Origin: Clostridia bacterium
GTDB taxonomy: Bacteria > Bacillota > Clostridia > Christensenellales > UBA1242
Direction of reading: 5' to 3'
Assembly: GCA_045654505.1 (NCBI GenBank)
Contig: JAZONM010000005.1
Coordinates: 37,491 to 101,490 of the forward strand
Length of the DNA stretch: 64,000 bases
How positions within the stretch are numbered: position 1 is the stretch's first letter; every line of letters begins with the position of its first letter. Both the position numbers and the translations under genes were made by a program. Of the stretch, positions 53,439 through 61,302 are shown piece after piece. The notes under the pieces are model-generated. The model was not told where the DNA came from and did not search any database. It was given only the letters and a program-made list of their open reading frames with translations.

Positions 53439-55634
53439 ATGGTAATAAGTGGTCTTATTGAAGAAATAATATTCCGTAATGGCGAAAACAATTATACTGT
53501 TTTGCTCCTTAATTGCAATGGTGAGTTTGTAACAGCGGTCGGAAAATTCCCATTGATATCTGAGGGTGAGTATGTCGAACTTACAGGCAATTTTACAGCA
53601 CATTCTAAGTATGGTGAGCAATTTAGTGTTTCGGGGATAAAGCTAAAACCTCCTACTACAGATGAGGGTATTGTGAGGTATCTTAGTAGCGGACTTATTA
53701 AAGGTGTGGGACCAATCACCGCTGGTAATATTGTAAAGAAATTTGGCGGCAGTACATTTGATATAATGGAATTTAATCCGTCTCGTCTTGCAGAAATAAG
53801 AGGGATATCTGAGAAGAAGGCAATGGAGATTGGTGAAGCTTATAATGATGTGAAGAAAATGCAAAATGCTGTTATGCTGATGCAAAACTACAATATTTCG
53901 ACCAATCTTGCAATAAAGATATATAATTATTATGGTAGCAAAACAGAACATATTCTTAAAAATAATCCATACAAATTGGTAGAAGATGTCGACGGTATAG
54001 GTTTTTATACTGCAGACAAAATTGCAAGAAATATGGGTTTGGCTGAGGATAGTACATTTAGATTTAGAGCGGGTATATTGCACTCATTAAAAGAGTTTTG
54101 TGACAAAAACGGCAATACTTATGTCACAAAATCCAATATTATTGACAGTGTGTGCGAATTGTTGAGGCTAAACAGCGATAAATATATAGAAATAATCGAA
54201 AGAGTTGTTTCGGATCTTGCGGCAGACGATTATGTGAAAATTTTTGAAAAGGATAATGATATAGGTATTGCTCTTACTAAGTATTATAATCTTGAAAAAA
54301 TCGTGGGAGCTACATTAAAACTTTATTCTATGAACGAAATCAATCTTCCTCTCAATATAACAGAAGAGATTGATATGTATGAAAAACTAAACAAAATCTC
54401 TATGCATGAAAAACAAAAAGAGGCTATAGAAATGGCGGTGTCTTCAGGAGTGTCTGTCATTACAGGTGGTCCTGGTACAGGTAAAACAACAATTATTAAG
54501 TGTGTTTTGCAATTGTTTAAATCCTTGCATAAGAAAGTAAAATTGCTTGCTCCGACAGGTCGTGCTGCAAAACGACTAAATGAGTCGTGTGATGAAGATG
54601 CGAGCACAATCCATAGAGCATTGGAAGTGGATTTTTCCAATCCGGGACTTTTCTATTACAACAATCTTAATAAATTACCTTATGATGTTGTGATTGTGGA
54701 TGAAGTAAGTATGGTTGATATCCAATTGATGTATTACCTTATCCGTGCTCTAAAACGAGGCACTCAGATTGTGTTGGTAGGAGATAAAGACCAATTGCCA
54801 AGTGTGGGTGCGGGCAATGTGCTTAAAGACATACTTGACAGTGGCGTAATCCCGACCGTCGCGCTTACACATATATATAGACAAAACGAAGGACTTATTA
54901 TCAATAATGCCCACCTTATAAATGAAGGCAAGATGCCAATAATCAATAATGCGAGCAAGGATTTCTTTTTCGCTGAAAAGGAAGAGACTGAAGATGCTTT
55001 AAATACAATTATTTCTATGTGTATAGAGCGCATACCAAAGTTTTTAGATATTGATTCTTCTAAAGTGCAAGTTTTGGCGCCGATGAAAGCGGGGCTTTGT
55101 GGAATTGACAATCTAAATAAATCTTTGCAAGAACGTCTTAATCCACCTGGCGAGACAAAGCCGGAGATGACTACTGACCGATATACATATCGTGTGGGTG
55201 ATAGGGTTATGCAGACATCCAACAACTATGAGAGAGTGTGGGTAAAAGATGGTGCTGAGGGCTCAGGTGTATTTAATGGTGATATTGGTGTTGTTTCTCG
55301 CGTAGATTTAGGTGAAATGGAAATAACCATTGATTTTGAAGATGGTCGCATTGCACGATATAATAAGGGAGACCTTAATGAAATAACATTGAGTTATGCA
55401 ATTACAATCCACAAAAGTCAAGGTAGCGAATTTGATGTTGTTGTTATGCCTGTGCTTGGTGGACCACCAATGTTGCTTACTAAAAATCTTCTTTACACGG
55501 GTGTTACTCGTGCTAAGAAAATGGTGGTTTTAGTCGGAAATAAGCCATCAATTGCCCGTATGGTGAAAAACAATCACACACAAAAACGTTTTACCCTTTT
55601 ATATGATTTTTTGACAAATGATGAGTTGTTTTGA
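53439..55634 (+). CDS. recD2: RecD2-type SF1B ATP-dependent DNA helicase
   Basis: VITGGPGTGKTT (Walker A), VIVDEVSMVD (Walker B), LVGDKDQLPSVGAGNVL, AITIHKSQGSEF, LLYTGVTRAKK. N-terminal OB/HhH region. Confidence 0.9.
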   Translation: MVISGLIEEIIFRNGENNYTVLLLNCNGEFVTAVGKFPLISEGEYVELTGNFTAHSKYGEQFSVSGIKLKPPTTDEGIVRYLSSGLIKGVGPITAGNIVKKFGGSTFDIMEFNPSRLAEIRGISEKKAMEIGEAYNDVKKMQNAVMLMQNYNISTNLAIKIYNYYGSKTEHILKNNPYKLVEDVDGIGFYTADKIARNMGLAEDSTFRFRAGILHSLKEFCDKNGNTYVTKSNIIDSVCELLRLNSDKYIEIIERVVSDLAADDYVKIFEKDNDIGIALTKYYNLEKIVGATLKLYSMNEINLPLNITEEIDMYEKLNKISMHEKQKEAIEMAVSSGVSVITGGPGTGKTTIIKCVLQLFKSLHKKVKLLAPTGRAAKRLNESCDEDASTIHRALEVDFSNPGLFYYNNLNKLPYDVVIVDEVSMVDIQLMYYLIRALKRGTQIVLVGDKDQLPSVGAGNVLKDILDSGVIPTVALTHIYRQNEGLIINNAHLINEGKMPIINNASKDFFFAEKEETEDALNTIISMCIERIPKFLDIDSSKVQVLAPMKAGLCGIDNLNKSLQERLNPPGETKPEMTTDRYTYRVGDRVMQTSNNYERVWVKDGAEGSGVFNGDIGVVSRVDLGEMEITIDFEDGRIARYNKGDLNEITLSYAITIHKSQGSEFDVVVMPVLGGPPMLLTKNLLYTGVTRAKKMVVLVGNKPSIARMVKNNHTQKRFTLLYDFLTNDELF

Positions 55635-55636
55635 TT

Positions 55637-56386
55637 ATGAATGAGAAAACATTAAAAGAAAAGTTACTTAATATTTTATTCCCTCGTGATATCAAATGTC
55701 TTGTATGCAAGGAAGAACTTTCTCACAATACCTTATATTCGATATGTGATATCTGTATGGATGAGTTGCCTTTTATACGTGGCAAAATTTGTTTGCGATG
55801 TGGTCAGCCTCTTGCAAATGAGTCCAATTATTGTTTAAATTGTAAAAATCACAAATCGGAATTTAAAGCAAGTAGGAGCGTCTTTCTGTATCGCGGTGCA
55901 ATAAGACGTATGATTAAAAATCTCAAATATGATAATATGAAATATCTGGCAAAAACATTTGGTAATTTTATAGCGTCTGAGGTTATGAATTATAGTGTTA
56001 AGTTTGATGTGGTAATACCAGTACCTTTAAGTGAAAGAAGGAAGAAAATAAGAGGATACAATCAAGCTTATTTATTGTGCGGTGCACTTAAGGACAAACT
56101 TCATCTTGATGTAAGGGAAGAAGTTTTGTTAAAGACAAAACACACTTCAAGTCAAGCATATCTCTCAGTAGGAGAAAGGCGCAAAAATCTTGAAAACTCT
56201 TTTAAAGTGTCCGATAAGACTTTAGTAAAAGGCAAAACAATACTTCTTGTCGACGATATTTACACGACTGGTAGCACCCTAAACGAGTGTGCAAAGACCT
56301 TGAAAAAAGCGGGCGCAAAAGAAGTGTATTGTGTGACTTTGGCACATGCTGATTTTACCCATAAGGACAAGGAAAACAATAAATAA
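55637..56386 (+). CDS. comFC: ComF family protein (ComFC-like phosphoribosyltransferase fold with N-terminal 4xCxxC zinc finger)
   Basis: CLVCKEE..CDIC..CLRCGQP..CLNCK, then ILLVDDIYTTGSTLNECAKTLKKAGAKEVYCVTLA. ATG 55637 follows the recD2 stop by 3 nt. Confidence 0.85.
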   Translation: MNEKTLKEKLLNILFPRDIKCLVCKEELSHNTLYSICDICMDELPFIRGKICLRCGQPLANESNYCLNCKNHKSEFKASRSVFLYRGAIRRMIKNLKYDNMKYLAKTFGNFIASEVMNYSVKFDVVIPVPLSERRKKIRGYNQAYLLCGALKDKLHLDVREEVLLKTKHTSSQAYLSVGERRKNLENSFKVSDKTLVKGKTILLVDDIYTTGSTLNECAKTLKKAGAKEVYCVTLAHADFTHKDKENNK

Positions 56387-56409
56387 TTTATGTGTTCATA
56401 TTAAAAATA

Positions 56410-56436
56410 AAAGCCCTATAATTAGGGCTTTTTTTG
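56410..56436. terminator. Bidirectional terminator between comFC (+) and glpK (-)
   Basis: aaagcccta taat tagggcttt plus T-run. Confidence 0.75.
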
Positions 56437-56481
56437 TGTTAAGTTTTATCGACTGTTGTAAAAATTTGTTATTGTCAAAAA

Positions 56482-57933
56482 CTAATTATATTCACTTTTA
56501 TTTACTGCTTTATTCCAGCCATCGTAGTACTTGTCGGCTTGAGTTCTTTTCATTTTCGGAGTATAACAAACTTCTTCTTTATACATATTTTTAATGTCTT
56601 CAATTGTGAAAGTCTTAGTCGCAAGTCCCGCCATGTATATAGCGCCCATTGCTGTCGCTTCACTGCTTTCGCCTTTTACTATGTTTTTATTTATCATGTC
56701 TGCTTGGAATTGAAGAAGGAAAGTGTTGTTGCTGCCACCTCCGTCTACGCGCAATTCTTTTATTTTGACCTCTTTTGTCATTTCGTCTACTATAGCTCGC
56801 GTATTGTAAGCAATGCTTTCAAGCACACTTCTGCAAATATGTGCTTTGGTCGAATTAAACGACAATCCCACTATTGTGCCACGGGTGTTGTCGTTCCAAT
56901 ATGGTGCACCAAGTCCTGTAAATGCAGGTACAAAATATACACCGTCATTGTCTTTAAGGGTAAGAGCCAGACGATTGGCAGTAGCAGGGTGGTCGATAAG
57001 ACCAAGACTGTTTTGGAGCCATTCAAGTGTGCTGCAAGCAGAGTAGATGCTACCTTCAATCGCGTATGTGGTTTTGTCGCCAATAGTGTATGCTACAGTG
57101 CTTAGTAATTTATCACTAAGGTGTATCTTTTTACCTGTATTGATAAGAGTAAAACCGCCAGTTCCGTATGTGGATTTTGCCATTCCGATTGAGATACAAC
57201 TTTGTCCAAATAGACTACTTTGTTGGTCACCAATCATGCCACATAGAGGGATGTTTGCAAAGTCTTTGCAAGGACCTATTATTTTGTCACAAGCAATAAT
57301 ATTTGGTAAAATCTCGCGTGGAACTCCAAATATCTTCAATAATTCACTATCCCAATCAAGCGAATGAATATTAAACAACATTGTGCGGGAAGCATTGGTA
57401 GTATCTGTCACAAATTCGCCAGTAAGCAAATATGCAAGGTAGGTGTTGATATTTCCTACACACAAACGACGAGCATTGATAAGTTTTTTTGCGTCCTTTA
57501 CATTATCGATTATCCATTTTATTTTACTTGCGCTAAAATAAGCATCAGGGATAAGTCCTGTCTTGTCTTTTATTAGTTTTTTGGTATTATTGCTCAATTT
57601 TTCAATGTCATCACTTGTCCTTCTGCATTGCCAAACAATTGCGTTGTATATAGGTTTTCCAGTGTTTTTGTCCCATGCCACTATTGTTTCGCGTTGGTTT
57701 GTGATGCCTATACCAATGACTTCTTTTAGTGGAAGATTTTTTAGTACTTTTTTCAGAGTGGAAAATTGTGCCTTAGCAATTTCCTCGGCGTCTTGTTCTA
57801 CCCAGCCGACTTTGGGATAGATTTGGCTAAAGGTCGCTTTTTCAGTGGCGATTATTTTCTTTGTTTTTACATCAAAAACCACACTTCTTGCACTGGTTGT
57901 GCCTTCGTCAAGACCAATAATATATCTTCCCAT
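56482..57933 (-). CDS. glpK: Glycerol kinase
   Basis: YIIGLDEGTTSARSVVFD, GITNQRETIVAWDK, FHGGK family layout. RBS agaggtggg. Confidence 0.9.
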   Translation of the reverse strand: MGRYIIGLDEGTTSARSVVFDVKTKKIIATEKATFSQIYPKVGWVEQDAEEIAKAQFSTLKKVLKNLPLKEVIGIGITNQRETIVAWDKNTGKPIYNAIVWQCRRTSDDIEKLSNNTKKLIKDKTGLIPDAYFSASKIKWIIDNVKDAKKLINARRLCVGNINTYLAYLLTGEFVTDTTNASRTMLFNIHSLDWDSELLKIFGVPREILPNIIACDKIIGPCKDFANIPLCGMIGDQQSSLFGQSCISIGMAKSTYGTGGFTLINTGKKIHLSDKLLSTVAYTIGDKTTYAIEGSIYSACSTLEWLQNSLGLIDHPATANRLALTLKDNDGVYFVPAFTGLGAPYWNDNTRGTIVGLSFNSTKAHICRSVLESIAYNTRAIVDEMTKEVKIKELRVDGGGSNNTFLLQFQADMINKNIVKGESSEATAMGAIYMAGLATKTFTIEDIKNMYKEEVCYTPKMKRTQADKYYDGWNKAVNKSEYN

Positions 57934-58014
57934 TTTCCCACCTCTTTTTTAAGTATAATAACACAATCTTACAAAAACAAAAAATATTTTTACTATATAG
58001 ACTGGTATATATAT

Positions 58015-58043
58015 TTGACTATTTTACAAATAAAAAATATAAT
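58015..58043 (+). promoter_or_regulatory. Sigma-A-type promoter of the glycerol-3-phosphate dehydrogenase-like operon
   Basis: TTGACT (58015-58020), 17 nt, TATAAT (58038-58043). Divergent from glpK. Confidence 0.6.
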
Positions 58044-58062
58044 GTCAAAAATGGAGAAAAAT

Positions 58063-59496
58063 ATGGAAAACATTGTATTTGATGTTGCGGTCATAGGTGG
58101 TGGCGTAGTAGGTGCGAGCATTTTTAATGCTGTAGCAAAAAGTGGATACTCATGTGCTTTGATTGAGAAAAACACTGATGTGGCTACTGGCGCTAGTAAA
58201 GCCAATTCGGGTATAGTGCATGCGGGGTTTGATGCAAAAACAGGCACACTAAAAGCACGTTTTAATGTGGAAGGCAATAAAATGCTTCCTGAGGTATGCG
58301 AAAGACTTGGAGTACCGCTGAAAAAAATTGGTGCGTATGTGCTTGGCAATAATGTAGACTTGATAAAAGGTTTATTGAAAAGAGGCATGGATAATGGGGT
58401 ACAAAATATGCGTTTTTTGGGCAAAAACGACCTCAAAAAAGCAATCCCTAATGTAAATACCAATATCAATTTTGGATTGTTTGCAGAAGACACTTATATA
58501 GTCAATCCGTATCTTTTGACAATTTGTCTTGTCGAAGAGGGAATTGTTAATGGTGGTCAGTTGTTTTTGGAATACAAAACAAAGAAAGTATCAAAAGAAA
58601 ATGGTGTGTTTGTTTTGACTGACGGCAACAAAACTATATACGCAAAACAATTGGTGAATTCTTGCGGGGCTGGATACAATGAAATGGCAAAACTCATAGG
58701 TAGTGAAACCTATCCTATTGTATTTCGACGCGGAGAGTATTATATACTAGACAACAGTGAAAAAGACGTAGTCTCTAGCGTAATATTTCCACTTCCTGAT
58801 GCACATTCAAAGGGGGTACTTGTGACTCCTACTGTGGACGGTAATATCTTGGTCGGACCTACATCTTATGATAGCGATGACAGCACCATAACAACAGAAG
58901 ATGGACTAAATGAGATTAGAATGAAAGCCAATTCTCTTCTCAATAATATTGATTTGTCAAAAGCTATTCGAATTTTCTCGGGTGTAAGAAGTGTAGTGGG
59001 TGAAGATTTTGTGATAGAAAAAAGCAAAAAGGTGGCAGGAGTGGTCAATCTTGCAGGAATCTGCTCGCCAGGACTTACATCTGCACCTGCAATAGCTAAA
59101 TACGTCATGGGGCTTTTAGGTCAAAATTATATGCCAATGCTTCGTCAAGAAAAGATAAAACCATATTTACTTCTGCGTAATCTTGATGATAAAAAAATAA
59201 ACCAATTGATTAAAAAAGACCATAGATACGGAAAAATAGTTTGTAAGTGTGAGAGAGTGAGTGAGGGTGAGATTATTGACGCTATCAATCGACCTTTTAG
59301 ACCCACAACGACAGATGCTATAAAACGCAGAGTACGAGCAGGTATGGGGCGTTGTCAAGGTGGATTTTGCTTAGATAAAGTTGTTAAAATTTTGGCGAAA
59401 GAAAATGGTTTGAAATTAAATGACATTAGAAAAGAAAACAATAATAGCAATTGGATAGTAGGTGACGTGAAAGGAGGCTGGAATAATGAAAACTGA
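58063..59496 (+). CDS. FAD-dependent glycerol-3-phosphate dehydrogenase/oxidase-like protein with a C-terminal BFD-like [2Fe-2S] motif
   Basis: FDVAVIGGGVVGASIF..ASKANSGIVHAGFD (DAO family). C-terminal CKCERVSEGEI..RAGMGRCQGGFC. Start chosen at ATG 58063 (GGAG 6 nt upstream); the long track ORF from 57766 overlaps glpK antisense. Confidence 0.8.
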   Translation: MENIVFDVAVIGGGVVGASIFNAVAKSGYSCALIEKNTDVATGASKANSGIVHAGFDAKTGTLKARFNVEGNKMLPEVCERLGVPLKKIGAYVLGNNVDLIKGLLKRGMDNGVQNMRFLGKNDLKKAIPNVNTNINFGLFAEDTYIVNPYLLTICLVEEGIVNGGQLFLEYKTKKVSKENGVFVLTDGNKTIYAKQLVNSCGAGYNEMAKLIGSETYPIVFRRGEYYILDNSEKDVVSSVIFPLPDAHSKGVLVTPTVDGNILVGPTSYDSDDSTITTEDGLNEIRMKANSLLNNIDLSKAIRIFSGVRSVVGEDFVIEKSKKVAGVVNLAGICSPGLTSAPAIAKYVMGLLGQNYMPMLRQEKIKPYLLLRNLDDKKINQLIKKDHRYGKIVCKCERVSEGEIIDAINRPFRPTTTDAIKRRVRAGMGRCQGGFCLDKVVKILAKENGLKLNDIRKENNNSNWIVGDVKGGWNNEN

Positions 59497-60730
59497 TGTT
59501 TTGATTATTGGTGGTGGTCCAGCTGGTATGGCTGCTGCGCTTGGTTGTGCCGAAAATGGTACAAAGTGTATAATCGTCGAGCGAAACGCCTTTCTTGGTG
59601 GCATACTTAGACAGTGCATACACAATGGCTTTGGATTGCACTATTTCGGCGAAGAATATACCGGCCCTGAATATGCTCACAAATTTATTGAAAGAGTAGA
59701 AAACAACAATAAAATCAAAGTTTTGCTTAATACATTTGTTACAAAGATTGAAGGCAAAACTGTCTATGTTACTAGCGAAAAAGGTTTGGAAAAAATAAGT
59801 GCACGTGCTATTGTGCTTGCAATGGGTTGTCGTGAGCGTACCCCTGCCAATATCCTTCTTACAGGTACTAGACCAGCTGGTGTCTTGACTGCGGGTTGTG
59901 CGCAAAAACTTGTCAATATCCATGCTAAAATGCCGGGTAAAAACATTGTTATTTTGGGTAGTGGTGACATTGGTCTTATTATGGCTAGAAGACTCACTCT
60001 GCAAGGTGCGAAAGTACATGCAGTGCTTGAGATAAATCCTACACCTAGCGGTCTTAGACGCAATATCACTCAATGCCTTGACGACTTCAATATTCCGCTA
60101 TATCTAAAAACAACAGTTTTTGATGTGGTGGGAAAAGATAGAATTGAGGGTGTATATTATGGCGAGGTAGATGATAAGTATAGAAAAATCAATTCCACAC
60201 GCAAATTTTTACCGTGTGATTGTTTGATTCTTTCTGTCGGATTGACACCTGAGAGAGATTTGGTGGATTATCTACCATTTAATAAAGCGACAAAAAGCAC
60301 TTTTGTAGATGACTTACTCGAGACTAATGAAAGTGGTATTTTCGCATGTGGCAATTTTCTTCATGTGCATGACCTAGTCGATAATGTTACAATTGAATCT
60401 TTTGAAGCGGGAAAAAATGCGTCCGAATATGCAAAAAAAGACAAGGCACTTTTTGATGACGTAAAGACAAAAGTCAAAAAATACAATGTAAGCGCAGGAA
60501 ATCTTATTGGTTATGTTTTGCCCAATTTTCTAGTGAAAGGGAAAGAAAAAACAACATTGAAATTTCGTTTTAGAAGTAAAATTGTCCGACGCAATATTGT
60601 TGTAAAACAAGGTGAAAAAGAGATTTTTAGAAAATTTGTTTTGGCTGGTTTTCCGGGTGAAATGGGAATGGTCGAAATTGATAAATCGAAAGTCACTGGA
60701 GATATAATTTTGGAGGTGGAAGAACTATGA
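59486..60730 (+). CDS. NAD(P)/FAD-dependent pyridine-nucleotide-disulfide-type oxidoreductase (second subunit of the GlpA-like cluster)
   Basis: DVLIIGGGPAGMAAA and IVILGSGDIGLIMA dinucleotide motifs. Overlaps the upstream gene by 11 nt. Confidence 0.75.
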   Translation: MKTDVLIIGGGPAGMAAALGCAENGTKCIIVERNAFLGGILRQCIHNGFGLHYFGEEYTGPEYAHKFIERVENNNKIKVLLNTFVTKIEGKTVYVTSEKGLEKISARAIVLAMGCRERTPANILLTGTRPAGVLTAGCAQKLVNIHAKMPGKNIVILGSGDIGLIMARRLTLQGAKVHAVLEINPTPSGLRRNITQCLDDFNIPLYLKTTVFDVVGKDRIEGVYYGEVDDKYRKINSTRKFLPCDCLILSVGLTPERDLVDYLPFNKATKSTFVDDLLETNESGIFACGNFLHVHDLVDNVTIESFEAGKNASEYAKKDKALFDDVKTKVKKYNVSAGNLIGYVLPNFLVKGKEKTTLKFRFRSKIVRRNIVVKQGEKEIFRKFVLAGFPGEMGMVEIDKSKVTGDIILEVEEL

Positions 60731-61074
60731 AACTGACATGTATTATGTGTCCAATGGGCTGTGAAATGGATATTGTGCAAAAGGGTAATAATTTTGTGGT
60801 GTCAGGAAATCAATGTAAGAGAGGTGAGACGTACGCACTACAAGAAATAACTCACCCTGAAAGGATTGTGACTGCCATTTTAAAAACCAAAAATTCGGGT
60901 GTTTTGTCAGTCAAAACAAGTGTGCCTGTACCAAAAGAGAAAGTGCTTGATATCGTAAAGACTATCAACAAACTTAAAGTAGATACGGCTCAAATAGGTG
61001 ACGTACTTATTAAAAAAGTATTGGGTACGGACGCTGACATAATTGTTACGAGTTATGAAGTGAAAGACATTTAG
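60727..61074 (+). CDS. DUF1667 domain protein (third gene of the cluster)
   Basis: MKLTCIMCPMGCEM..SGNQCKRGETYA..ERIVTA is the DUF1667 signature as I recall it. ATGA overlap with the upstream gene. Confidence 0.7.
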   Translation: MKLTCIMCPMGCEMDIVQKGNNFVVSGNQCKRGETYALQEITHPERIVTAILKTKNSGVLSVKTSVPVPKEKVLDIVKTINKLKVDTAQIGDVLIKKVLGTDADIIVTSYEVKDI

Positions 61075-61076
61075 TA

Positions 61077-61105
61077 AGACAACATTTTTTGTTGTCTTTT
61101 TCTTT
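61077..61105 (+). terminator. Rho-independent terminator
   Basis: agacaaca ttttt tgttgtct plus T-run. Confidence 0.75.
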
Positions 61106-61198
61106 TGTTTTCAAAATAGGTCAAAAATTGTTATAAATGGTCATTTTGTACAAGTATTTTGCAAAAATATTATTGTGAAAACATAAAGTTTGTAGTAT

Positions 61199-61248
61199 TA
61201 TATATACGTATGCATATACGTGTGCTTGCATATACGTGCGCATACATG
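61199..61248. repeat. Alternating pyrimidine-purine tract with three imperfect tatacgtgygc repeats
   Basis: tatatatacgtatgcatatacgtgtgc (61199-61225, 27 nt of perfect YR alternation), one phase slip, then tgcatatacgtgcgcatacatg (61227-61248, 22 nt). Confidence 0.85.
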
Positions 61249-61302
61249 AGACTAAATTTTTTAGAAATTTTGTTATTATAGAAAGAAGGAAAAAGAGAGA
61301 AG

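Noticed and set aside
56539-57820. Several plus-strand ORFs inside glpK
   Set aside because: All lie antisense to a full-length, well-conserved glycerol kinase. No RBS.
57766-58062. N-terminal ~100-aa extension of the GlpA-like ORF in the track
   Set aside because: The extension overlaps the glpK 5' end on the opposite strand and spans the intergenic promoter. The FAD motif begins right after ATG 58063, which has a GGAG RBS and sits downstream of a TTGACT-17-TATAAT promoter.
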